Shown here: one piece after another, positions 1 through 11,925 of the stretch
Numbering within the stretch: the first letter of the stretch is position 1
Layout: every line of letters begins with the position of its first letter
Assembly (NCBI RefSeq): GCF_963921235.1
Contig: NC_086108.1
Coordinates: forward strand, 24,490,001 to 24,554,000
Reading direction: 5' to 3'
From: Mobula hypostoma
Taxonomy: Eukaryota
DNA length: 64,000 nucleotides
Notes under the pieces: generated by a model
Database searches by the model: none
What the model was told of the DNA's origin: nothing
What the model saw: only the letters and a program-made list of their open reading frames with translations
Program-made: the position numbers and the translations under genes

Positions 1-97
1 GAGAATGAGGTAGAGTGAAAAAATAAATTAGCTCTGATGAAATAACGGAGATGACACGATGGGCCAAATGACTTAATTCTGCTCCTATGATGTATGG
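1..97 (+). mobile_element. CR1 LINE 3' terminal fragment
   Basis: gatgggccaaatgacttaattctgctcctatg resembles the reverse complement of the CR1 3' end at 53921-53965. Confidence 0.7.
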
Positions 98-159
98 ACA
101 TCAGTGAACCTCACGTCCATAAGAGATAGGATCATTTTATAAAATTATAAAATGCAGCA

Positions 160-608
160 TTACATCAAGGCCCAATACGAGCTTGAGGTAGAACACCCTC
201 ATCTTTTATCTGGGTAAATGGTAGGCTTCCAGATTTGATAAAGAATTCTCCAACTGAAGGTAACTCACTCTTTCTTTCTGTCTGCATCAGAACTTGCCAT
301 TTCTGTCTGTAGTCAATCTGTGATATTTGCTCTGGTTTTCTATTAATAAAGCAAGCAGAGTGGGGCATGCCCCACAGCCTTGCCACTTGCATCATATCAC
401 ACAGTCAAAGCAGTATAATCCACTTTTAACTGCCACAGTAGTCCATTTCATCTCACCTCACCCAACCCTCCCCAACGTTCTCTGCATTTAAAACCAATCT
501 TTTTCTCAAGTTCTGACAAAGGATTGTGGACCTAAAATATGAACACTGTTTCTCTCTCCATAGATACTGCCTGGTGTGCTGATTGTTTCCAGCATTGTTT
601 GTTTTTGT
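160..608 (+). mobile_element. Old Penelope-like element 3' end
   Basis: 165-270 resembles the GIY-YIG C-terminus (LEExHLIF.LG...FSNF) seen at 63685-63780. 512-608 resembles the terminus (decayed ctgac..aaa, then ccatagatactgcctgg...ccagcatt). Confidence 0.6.
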
Positions 609-629
609 TATGAACCTGTCCAATTACTT

Positions 630-800
630 GCAACACGCACAAGATGCTGGAGGAACTCAGCAGGTCAGGCGGCATCTATGGAAAAAAGTACGGTAGACAT
701 TTCAGGCCGAAACCATAGATACTGCCTGGCCTGCTGATTTCCTCCAGCATTTTGAGTGTGTTGCTCGGATTTCTAGCATCTGCAGATTTTCTCTTGTTTC
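630..800. mobile_element. Short fold-back element from the Penelope-like terminus
   Basis: gcaacacgcacaagatgctggaggaactcagcaggtcaggcggcatctatgg (~630-681) is inverted relative to ccatagatactgcctggcctgctgatttcctccagcattttgagtgtgttgc (~714-764). Confidence 0.85.
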
Positions 801-3025
801 TGTCTAGTTACTTGTTAGACTGGATTCACTTATGGGCACTAGGTAAGTACACCAGGATTCCACCTCCTCCCCCCACCCACCGCCAATCAGAAAAAAATTA
901 TTTTTATAAAAGTAAAGTGGCTTCATTTTGTCATTATGAAACTATATCATTATTTCAGTATTGTTTTTCATTAAATTCAATTCACAATCTGCATAGTAGA
1001 TTTATATCTCAAGTATTGCCAGCATTAATCCAGGATTATGGATTATAAATCTGAATTATCTGATCCAAGTACAAACAGGAAGCTTGGTGCACCATTTTTT
1101 CTTCTCTCTGGGCAACTTATTAAGTTATTGACATAGAGGGAAAATAGAGAATTAGTGAGAAATTATGAACAGGTGGATACTTTGTGAACTGCAGGTAAAT
1201 AACATTTTGCTCTTTTATGTACAGCAGGACTGGAAATCACTTGCAATTTACATCGGCAGTTTCTATGTACTGCAAATTGCAAATATCAGAAGGGAAAATA
1301 ACTAAAACGTCTGGTGCTTCCTGGAGGTGCATTCAGCACATTCCCAGAGAACTTTTCTACTTGTTTGCTTTAAGAAATTTCTTAGTTCTGTTTTTTTGCT
1401 CCCTGTAACACTGGTGAGAGTTTTTAAGTTTTCCTTTCACAGCTGGATGCAAATTTGAAATTGCTGGGTGCATTGCAGTTTAAAGTAAGCTTTTAAGATT
1501 TAATATTTGGGTAGGCACTGTTAATGCCCATGACAAAGGTAGTGTTTAAGAGTAATCAGCTAGAAACTTCCTTTATTATTAAGCAAATAGCAAGAAGCCT
1601 AGAACCTTGAAAAATACTTCCCCTTAAAATTAAATGAAACATTCACTGATAGGGTAAAAAAATAGCATGTTGTCATGAGTGCAACAAATTTTCTCCTCTA
1701 AACGCATTTACACTTACATCGTGGTACAACAATTATGCCAATATGAGGTAATTTATCATTTGCTTTACTATGTATCATTCACCTTCATGATTCCAGACCA
1801 GAGTAATGCAGCTCAGTGATTTGATGCTTAGGATGGAAAACCGATGTGACTTTGCTGGAGAATCAATTGTTGCAAACCATTGATTTACCGTTGAACTATG
1901 CACGGCTGTTTATTTGGAAATCCATGTGAGCGCAAGGATCAGTCTGAAGATTAGCTGCATGAACTAGGCTTCTCCGGAAAACAGTTCTCACTGCTGTTCA
2001 CCAAACAAGGGCTACAGCAGATGAGTGCCACATACACAAAATAATAAAGATAAAAATAGCTGGTTACCGGCTCTCATAGAGCACTGAACATATGGAAACC
2101 ATTGATGTCATTGAAAATAAAATGAACAGGCATTTAAAACAGCTAGTACCTCTAAATATGCTATATCCACTGACGTATGACCCTTATCTATATGTGTAAG
2201 CTTACATCTGTGAAAACCATGTAATTAAACTAAGTACACATAAGTGTTGATATTTGAACAGTAAACTAGTTAATTACAGCTGTATAATTCATTGAAGCCT
2301 GTCTATTTATTCTCTTTATTTCTATCTCCACTTCATGCCCAAATAGAAGACACTGAGTTACCAAGGGATGCAATACTACATTTCGAGCTGGCAATTAGAA
2401 TTTCACTAAATTCTCATGAGGTAACAGATACAAAGAGGTAGGTTGAACTTGTCATCCAAACATAAAACTGAAAATGAAACTCAAGTGGTTTCTTTAATGG
2501 ACAATCCACTATGTTAGTTTTACATCTCGATAGTTGTTAAAAATCCACCCATGAATTTAAAGAATGAGCTTGATCATGATGGATGTCACAGTGCACAGCT
2601 CCAAATTACATCAAGGCAGGCTGGGAATTTAAATTCTGTTTATTAAGCAGCTTCTGGAAAATTAAACCAAATAAAATCAGTTACTATTAGCATTGGAACA
2701 TTGAAGCTTACTGGATTGTTGTTAAAAAAAATCCATTCTGTCTTTTGAGATAGAAAATCAACTACCCTACACAAGTTTGACCTATGTGAAACTCCAGATC
2801 CACAGCAATCTGCTTAGTTCCCTGAATGTTGGTGAGAGCCTTTCCATTCAAGGGCAAGGAGTAATGCTCATAAAGTGTATGAATGAACATACGTAGTTAT
2901 GTTATGTGAACAATTCTAAGCTCCCTGTGGTCTGATTGGTGAAAGGGTACATTCTTCTCCCTGAACTTATGTTTATCTTGGTGAGCTTATTCAAATCAAA
3001 ACAGTTTTTCTTTTACAAATCTAAT

Positions 3026-3313
3026 GAGCACGGTAGCGCAGTGGTTAGCCCAATGGTTTACTGTATCAGTGACCTGGGTTCAATTCCTGCTGCTGTCCAT
3101 AAGGACGTTGAAAGTTCTCCCTGTGATCGTGTGTGTTTCCTCCGAGTACTCCAGTTTCCTCCCACAGCTGTAAAACATGCCGGTTGGTGGGTTAGTTGGT
3201 CATGCTAAATTTTCCCATGGCTAGGCTAGGCCTAAATTGGGGGGTTGCTGGGCAATGCGACGCCAAGGGCGGGAAGGGCCTATTCCGTGAAGTATCTCAC
3301 TAACTAATAAATA
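3026..3313 (+). mobile_element. tRNA-derived SINE (V-SINE/HE1-like)
   Basis: A box-like ggtagcgcagtgg, B box ggttcaattcc, central tttcctccgagtactccagtttcctcccaca, CR1-like 3' end and (taaa)n tail. Confidence 0.85.
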
Positions 3314-4054
3314 ATTTGGTTCACACACTATTGACAGCAAGTCAGCTTAATGCTCAAAGCTCCAGAACAAGCTGGCAAAATAAAAATAATGGAAGAGAAG
3401 GTTTTTGATTTTGAGAACTGAGACTCAAAACAGAAACTGAAGTCATGAAGAGAGAACCAGAGAAAGTAAAGATAATTGGAAAAAAACAATGCAAAAAGGA
3501 ACCAATTGCCAATGGATTTCAGATTAGGTACGATCGGCAGACAGATGGCCACCAGCTTTATCATTTATGAACTATCATTTTAACTGAATAACAGAGGAAA
3601 GCGAAGTCCTGGTGTTTTTGATTATTCATCACAAAATGCCGAAACAAATAGATTTTTGACCCACATAAATAAGAATATAGAACAAAAATATGACCAAGCA
3701 GGTACCAACGAAACAATTTAAAACAGCTCAATTTTTTTCAGTGTAGCATTAGTCCACAAATTTTACTGTCTTCACAGTCTTTTGTAATACCCTAAGATAG
3801 AATGAAATGGAATATAACACCAACGATTATTTTCAAATTGTTGAATCACTATCATCTCTCCAGAATACAAATATGAACTTGTTAAAATCAATAATCACGG
3901 TCCTGTCTAGCAATGCACTTAGACACACTCATGCAAGACATAATAGGCAACCATCCAGCACTAAACAGAAGTCATTTTCACTCTTATTCAGTTCTGGAGG
4001 CACTGTGAACTTTCAGTCAGTATCTGATCCGGACCTTTTTGACTGATGTATGTA

Positions 4055-4243
4055 TAGTGCCTATAAAAAATATTCACCCTCTTTGCAAGTTTTCATGTTT
4101 TACAACATTGAATGACAATGTTGGCTTTTATAACACTGATCAACAGAAAAAGACTCTTTTGTGTCAAAGTGAAAATAAATTTCTACAAATTGGTCTAAAT
4201 CACAATTATTAAACACAAAATAATTGATTTCATCATTACTCAC
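4055..4243. mobile_element. Tc1 terminal inverted repeat (TIR) fragment
   Basis: TA|tagtgcctataaaaaatattcaccc... is the reverse complement of the end of the Tc1 at 60240-60442. Confidence 0.75.
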
Positions 4244-6289
4244 TTCTTGTCTCAGTCCTAAATAGCTGATCCCATGTCCTGAGATCAGAACTCTTACTTC
4301 TGTATTTGCAACAGAGGGAAAAGAGAGTCACATGAGCCACAAATCCCTTGCATATTTCAATGAGGTCATGCTCATCCCCTGATGCTTCTAAACTCCAGCA
4401 ACTTGTGATGACAGAACAGATGAGGGGTCGCTGCCCAAAACATCAATTGTCCATTTCCCTTTTTCGATGTTGTGAGACTCACTGAGTTCTTCCAATGTTT
4501 TGTGTTACTCAAATTCTAATGAGCGGTCTTTGAACTGAAGCATGAGCTCAGTTTTTCTCTCCACATTTTGCCTATCCTTTCCTAAGAATGCTGTCACACC
4601 TGAGACCTCACACGATCGCTATGTGTGTAAGCTGTTGGGCCACATCCAAAACAGTGACCAGTTTATAAGTATCAACAAGCAACAATGAGATCTTGTAAGT
4701 TTGTCTCTAATCACTTAAGTCATTAATAAAAATCAAGTATGACTGAAAAACTGCTCTGATCTATATTGCACCCCAGAAGAAACAGCTGGGTATCTGAAAA
4801 TGGCCCATTTATTCCTACTCTTTTCATTCATCCCTCAGCATACTAATATACTGAACCTGGTAATGTGAGCTCTTATCTTGCAGAGCAGCTTTAGGTGTGG
4901 TACTTTATCAAATTAAATTTGAAATTCCAGATGCATCACTTCTATCAGTTTCCCCCTTTCTCCCTTTCTGCATCTTAAGTGAGGTAGACGCTTTTATGAT
5001 GTAGGAAATATGACACTCTTTGCAGACAGCAAGATCCTGCAAGCTGAAATGTGATAACGACCAGAACATCTGCTTTAGTGTTGTTGATTGAAAAATGAAC
5101 ATTGGCAGGAGAACAAAGACAAAACCTCTGCACTTCCTCAAATGGTTAGATAGAAATTAAAACATTTGTCTTCACTGAGCAACTGAATGTTGAGAGAAAG
5201 CAGACTGCAAAACATGGCCGAGTACTTGGTGTGCACATAGCATTCCTCCTGCCTCCTACATTGGTTTTCTATGCACACACAAGGAAACTGCTGGCCACTA
5301 ACATGCTGTCAATGTGCAGGCAATGAACCAGTGAAGGTACTTTTAATGACTTTGTTAGTTACATGGGTTATGACCAAAGAAAAAAATGGGTGAAGTTGCT
5401 TTAGCACTTTAGTCCAAGGATTATCAGGTAAGTCAAAAATCAAACTTACAAAAATTAGATAAAAAGAAAAATGTCAGTATTTACAAATGAAATTTGCAAT
5501 AAAACAATGATAGTCCATACTTATTCTTGTCCAGTGAGAACTGCTGGCAGCCCCCATTTCTCTCTCTCTCCTACTGAGGGTGAATAGCTTCTTTTCATTC
5601 GGCACTAGGAGATCACATCTTTAACTACACATCCCCATTACTGAAGAAATGGAATATTTTGCCATATTTGGTGGAAGAAGCACCATAAGGCCAACCCAAG
5701 TGTGTCAGGTGGGTTTAGGACCCAGTGGTTGCCACATGACTGCCTAGAAATGACAGATTGAAACAGCAAATTCTCAAAATAATTGCACACTTACAGTTAA
5801 GTACAAATGAAGAATGAAGTTGGTGTCTAACTTTGAATGCTTGTAACTATGTAAAGGGAAAACAGTGGATTAATTATGGGAATATATTTGGGAAGATATT
5901 GAAGTGCGTACACGCACAATGACATCAAAATGACAAGGCAATGTTTGTGTGTGAGTGAAGGAGCATGTGTAAAGTGGGTGTTTATTGAGTGTTCTCTATC
6001 ACAGACTTGCAGCCATGAACATGATATACCTGTATGTGTAGTCCTTAAATACAGAAGTTGACTGGCCTTGCATAGAGTACTCAGATCACTGGGAAAGGGA
6101 GTCCAGTGGGGAACTTCTCAGAGGAGCACCAGTGGCTACTTAATACATAAGGGATTCCTCTTATGTGTTAATATCCTCACTAACTGTTGCCACCATCTTC
6201 ACTCCCTACGATTGGAATTCCTTCCCTTTGATGTTAACTCAGTCTAATTTGATCACAAGCAATAAGCAACACAATTTACAGGTGTCATT

Positions 6290-6545
6290 TTTTTTAAGCC
6301 CATCACACCTACTGGGGCAAAGGCCAATAACAGCAGCTTACCAAGAAAACCTGTCACGGCTAAGCCTACAATTTGTTTCCCCGTGTAGTCCACTTCCAAA
6401 GATCCTTCCTCTCCCAGGGATGAGGTCTTCGGAGATTTTGTTGGCATTTCTATGGCACTAGGTTTTTATGGGATGGGGATAAAAGCCTCATGCCCAACCC
6501 TCCTTCTTTTGCAGTTGGGCTCAGGACTGTCCATGGTGGAATTGT
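6290..6545 (-). mobile_element. RTE-like retroposon fragment
   Basis: Minus strand ggagggttgggcatgaggc...ccccatcccataaaaac resembles an RTE 5' region. No ORF support. Confidence 0.45.
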
Positions 6546-7996
6546 ACCCTCTTTAGCACTGGTGACAGTTTGAGACTCTTGTGCCATCCGTTGTGAAAAT
6601 CCCAATTCTTCTATATTGTTTTAATTGTCAATTTATCAGTTTTAAAATTAAAAGCTTTCAAAGGCATTCAGTATTGCTTGTACTCTGCTGCAAAGATGTA
6701 TTTCTCCAGATTGCAGCTCTTTAACTGGCACCATGCCACTCGGTCTAATACTGTAATCTTGTCTAATATTTTCACTCACAACTCTGCAGGATGGCAGTGA
6801 CATTTACAAAGACTGCTCTTGGCTCCAACGTATAACACAATCTAATCGAAGGCCCAACACAGCTGTCATGAATCTTTCAACAGCTGCTTTATTCTGTCCA
6901 ATGAGGTTGTGTGAAACATTTTTCCCCTGAAATTGCAACATTTGGTTGACAAACAGAAGGTCACTGTATTCTAGAGAATGCCTCTAACTCATATATAAAT
7001 ATCAGCCTCTGGTTTGTTAAGATGATTAGATGTTTGTATTGACTCAAAAAGTGTCAATAGGTAAATAAGAAAGAAACAACTTGGAATGTTTTCTTGGCTG
7101 ATTTCCTACATCTTTTCCTCTAGCAGGTGTTGATGTTTCAGAAAATAACAGACAGATTATTTCCATAATTGTTTATAGACCTGAAGCCATACTAAGGCAA
7201 GAGATTCTGCAGATCCTGGAAATCTAGACCAAAACTGAAGCCACACTGATACCCAAGGTTTTAGCTAAGTATGCTTCTATAGATGATTTCACTTAGACAA
7301 ACTGGAATTAATGAAGCGAAGAGAACACAGCAAAAAAAAAACATTTTTGGAATGAACTTATTTATATGTTTGCCTTGTGGAATGCTGATTTATTCAAATT
7401 TTGATGATTTTCACCATGCTATGTTAATGATTATAGCTGGTACAACAACCAATACAGTTAAAAATAATTGCTCAATATGTCCAGATACAGATTATGAAAG
7501 CACCTTAAATCTTAATTACCTTACAAGGTAACAGAGCACTAAATAATCAGGGTTCCCCCGACTAAGTTAGAAATAAAGAACTTTCAACCATTTGAATAAA
7601 TAGAATCCCCACAATGCTGATTAAGCACTATTCTGCTGCGATGGGAATGGCCCTTACTTTGGTGAAAAATATTGGAACTATACAGTACATATTTTTATGT
7701 TGGCAAGTTTCTTACTCTGATGAGTGAGGCTTAGTGATCTTCAGACTATTGTGCGCCACCAGACACATAACCAAGGACTGGGCAATCAGAAAGGGAAGGG
7801 CTGGGAGGTCAAGTACCTGCACACTTCTATAAGTACCTAGGCTCTTACAAATCCATAGAAGTGTTAAAAGTTATCTAGTTGCTTAAAAAATGAATCCGGG
7901 ATTGTAGATTTTCAGACATTACTTGGATGAATTAATACAGAATGACATCCAAAGCCATTTCACTGACACTTAACGAAGCTGCATTTAAAGAATAGT

Positions 7997-8118
7997 CACA
8001 AACAGAAAATCTCCAGAAGCTGGAAATCCGAGACCCTTTGGCCCAAAACATCGACTGTACTCTTTTCCTAGATGGTGCCTGGCCTGCCCAGTTCCTCCAG
8101 CATTTTCTGTATCTTGTT
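7997..8118. mobile_element. Short inverted-junction Penelope-terminus element
   Basis: agaaaatctccagaagctggaaatcc (minus-orientation end) is joined to ggcccaaaacatcgactgtactcttttcctagatggtgcctgg (plus orientation). Confidence 0.75.
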
Positions 8119-8793
8119 TAAAGTATGGCATTTAAGGAGACTGGCAAGCTGACGAGTTTTGAGAGAGAATTCTGGAAAACAGGACCAAGTGTCTGAAGGC
8201 ATGAAGAGAAATGTAAAGCAAAGGATAAAGGAGATAAATAAGCAATGAAATGGTGGGAAATTATTGAAGTTTGGAAGTATAAGCATTAACCTCTAAAACT
8301 AGCAAGAAATACAAGACGCCTGAACTTCCACACAGCTAACAGCAAGGCCATTACCCAAATGGAGAGGAATGTCTCAGGGACAGGGTAATTATAAGGTAAT
8401 TTACATGTCTTGAAATGGTCAAACTAATTAACTGTGCTTAATTTTAAGGGTTCTCTAGAGACATATATTTTTAAAGAATGTCATAACTTCTCATACCGTT
8501 TAATTTAGCTTTGTAATGTTTCTCAACAGATCTTTGACACTGAACATTAATAATCAGCTTGATAGCCAGGAAAAGTTAAGCTGGAGCTGATGGTTCTCAA
8601 AGCAATCCTGTGGGTGAAGCTTTCCTTTAGTGATCACAGAACCCCAAGGTGTATTCAGGTTGGAGGGGATATTTGAGATGGGGACCTGTTCCAGAAAAAT
8701 GCAAATTTTTGTGGGTAGGTAACAGGGGACTGCCACAGTCAGCCACTCCATAGCAGATTCAGAGCGAGCCACTGTCTGGTTTTGAAGATCTTA

Positions 8794-9070
8794 AAAACAT
8801 CGAAAACGTACAGCAAAATACAGGCCTTTGGCCCACAAAGTTGTGCTGAACATGTCCCTACCTTAGAAATTACTAGGGTTACCCATAGCCCTCTATTTTT
8901 CTAAGCTCCATGTACCTATCCAGAAGTCTCTTAAAAGACCCTATCGTATCCGCTTCCACCACCGTTGCTGGCAGCCCATTCCACGCACTCACCACTCCCT
9001 GTGTTAAAAATCTTACCCTTGACATCTTCTCTGTACCTACTCCCAAGCATCTTAAACCTGTGCCCTCCTG
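8794..9070 (-). mobile_element. CR1 LINE 3' fragment
   Basis: ORF 8879..9142 contains FLTQGVVSAWNGLPATVVEADTIGSFKRLLDRYM (CR1 ORF2 C-terminus), followed by the 3' UTR and tail. Confidence 0.9.
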
Positions 9071-9764
9071 TGGACCCTCTTCTGACCTTTCTTTAGTAAG
9101 AATTTCCACACCATGATTTGTGAAGGGAGATTGGAAAAACAAGATATTTCCAGAAAATTAATTCTAAAGGTTTGGCTGAAGAGCCCAAATTAACTAACAT
9201 AACTAGAATGAAATAAAATACTCACCGAAGTTGTTAAACTGGGTATCCTGTAGATGTGCTACAAATGTTGCTGGGGTTGTTTGACATTTCATACAATTCT
9301 AAATTTGTGCTGACTGCTTATTTTTAAATTATTGCTGAAAGATATAGCTCTAGAATTGCTTGCCATCTCTGATGTATTACTTGAGCTTAGACAATGATCA
9401 TAATTGTTGTCGATGTAGGAATTAAAATATGGAAGAAAACATCAAACCTTGAGTCAAGGACAGTGAAAATAGACAAATCAAATGTCTTTGTTCTTGCTAT
9501 TTGGTTGAAGGAATAGAGGCTGCCATTTTCTGAAGCTGCTCTGTAACCTCCTTTTTGAGAGCTGTCGTATGAACTAATTTTGCTCATGAATCGCTGTATG
9601 AAAGTGCTTTAAAGTGGACATAATGCTCCTGATTATCTGATGAATTAGGGATAATTTCCAAATAAGTAGTTACTTGCGAAGTGTTCTTTGGTACAGTGAA
9701 GATTTATGAATAAAGGAGTTATGTTTGATCTGAGTAACCTGAGCCTAGTAATTGGCTGATCTAC

Positions 9765-10464
9765 TGTGATTCAGAACAAAGAGACATTAATTACAATTGT
9801 CATTTGCGAGAAGGGCAATATATTGATGCTGACTTGGACCAGAGCCAATGGGAAGCTGACACACGTTAGCCAGATAGGACAGAGGCAGTGAGATTGAAAC
9901 ACAACATTTGAACTGGTAAAGAGAGTATAAAAGTGAGAGGCTACACATGTAAACTAGTGAAACTCTGTTGACTAAATATCGCAAGGATGACTCCCATGCT
10001 AACGGCTGGGAGAAGGAGGATTAATCGTCTGGCCAATGGGAGATCTTCTATTTTGGTGTTATAAATTGGAGAAGTGATCTGAGTGAGTATTGGTATAGAG
10101 GGAACAGTAGAGTTCATACTTTAAGTTGATAGCCCAGTGTCAACATAGTTAAGTTGATGTTTGTGCAGAGAAAATAGTGTCAGCATTGATGATTTAAGAG
10201 CTGTGTAGTGACTTGTCAGTTGATAATAGTCAATAATTGAATTATTAATTAAATAAATAATTTAAACATTAACATTGTTTCCAACTCTGTGCTAAGGTTA
10301 TGTTTGATAAATTCATAATAGTCAGTATTTACTCAACTGCTTAATTCAAGATCCCAGCATTTGGTCATCCGATCACATATCAAGCACATATAAGGTAACT
10401 TGCACCTCTGTTGCGTTGGTTTCCAAATCCTGATCCTTAGTTGGGTGAATCCCCTTCTATCACA
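9765..10464. mobile_element. Possible old solo LTR
   Basis: TGTGAT...ATCACA ends, TATA-like motif near 9925 and AATAAA near 10252. No matching TSD. Confidence 0.35.
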
Positions 10465-11848
10465 TGCAAATCTGAGCTAATCAAAAATGTTGTTCTTGTT
10501 CTCACACTGCAACAAGTCCCCTCACTCATCACTTCAGTGTGCTCTGAGCTACATGCACTCATGGTTAAACAATATGTTTTCAGATCCCTCCATGACCTGG
10601 CCTCCCTTCCTCTCTGTTGCCTCTTTTATTTGAGATATCTTCCCTCTTCAATTCTGGCTACTTGTTAATTTCTCAATTGAATCATTACACTGTTCACAGA
10701 CCAATTTTTTGCTGCGTTGGCACTGCTCCAGAATTCCATCCCTGATTTCTTTGTCGTCCTCTGTTTTAAAATTCTCCTTAAATTGATTTAACACGGCATC
10801 AATCACCCACCCTAAAACCTGCTTCTGTGACTTGATATCAAAACTGTTCATTGACACTTCTCTGAATGCTTTGGAATATAGTACTTCGCTAAAGGTTTCT
10901 GTAGAACATTGATCATTTCTTTCAGGAGTCCTTGTGGAAGATGCTAATTCATATTCTTCACATTAATTTTAGCTTCCACATATTAGATTTACTGTTTACT
11001 CTTTACATAACTGCATAAAAGCAGAAGAATAAATAATTATATTTTTATATGTGTGATTTAAGGGGCAAGTCATATACCTAATAATATAGAGAATTCTACG
11101 GAGATACAAAGGGGGCTGAAGCAAGTTGCCTGAACATAGAACATAGAACATAGAATAGTACAGCACAGTACTGAACAACAATGATTTTACAAGCTCTACC
11201 ATTTCACCCATTGGCACCTCTTTGATGCAGGTCCCAGATGAGATGCTGCACGAGCTGAAGCCTCAAAATAGGTGTCAAAGCTAGGGGAGGTGTGCCTGAG
11301 AACTGCAAGAAGAGAAAAGGCTCATGCCCACAAGTTCTTTACTGACAGTGTATTCAGGCAGCTGTGGACTTTTGTGGGAATACTTCCAGACAAATGCCCA
11401 CAATAGGGTGCATCGAGTTCCAGGGTGACTGACACCCTGAATCACCTGGTCATTGGATCCACCTGTCAGCAATGGCAGATGATCCTGCTTTGCTGGAATT
11501 TCTCATGTCGGGTGGTGGCTGACTGATGTTCTCCGCTCAACAGAAAGGACCTTCTTTTTCTTTGACCATGAGAACACAGCTTCAGGGTAACTGTGGAAGA
11601 GTCCTTTCCTGATATCCTCCATTATGTGGCTTTGTGGGTTCCCCTTGAACTGTTGGACAATAAAGGCTCTTCCTTGCTTCTTAGCTCCTGCCTTCTGTTT
11701 GTGCTCCAGCTAATGCAGCAAAATGTCTTTATAATGACTGTCATGGACCACCAGCCAGTTTCACAGGGATCTTCAAGATAACACATCAGAGGCTGTACCC
11801 TTCTGGATCGTCCACTGTGGGAGATTTGCTCAATGATCTAGGTCACTT

Positions 11849-11925
11849 CTAAGGTAAGGACATGTTCGGTACAGCTTTGTGGGCGAAGGGCCTGTATTGT
11901 GCTGTAGGTTTTTCTATGTTTCTAT
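11849..11925 (+). mobile_element. Very short 5'-truncated CR1 3' end
   Basis: Reverse complement of the 8795-8870 tail, ending tttctatgtttctat. Confidence 0.85.

Noticed and set aside
3026..3100. tRNA gene
   Set aside because: The A and B boxes belong to a SINE head and no cloverleaf forms.
5520..5570. Minus-strand RNGGCQQ resembling astrotactin DNGGC
   Set aside because: It is on the wrong side of the real exon, has nearby stops and arises from a (ct)n run.
9226..9247. Possible minus-strand micro-exon (cag|GATACCCAGTTTAACAACTTCG|gtgagt)
   Set aside because: 22 nt shifts the frame, the pyrimidine tract is poor, and there is no astrotactin similarity.
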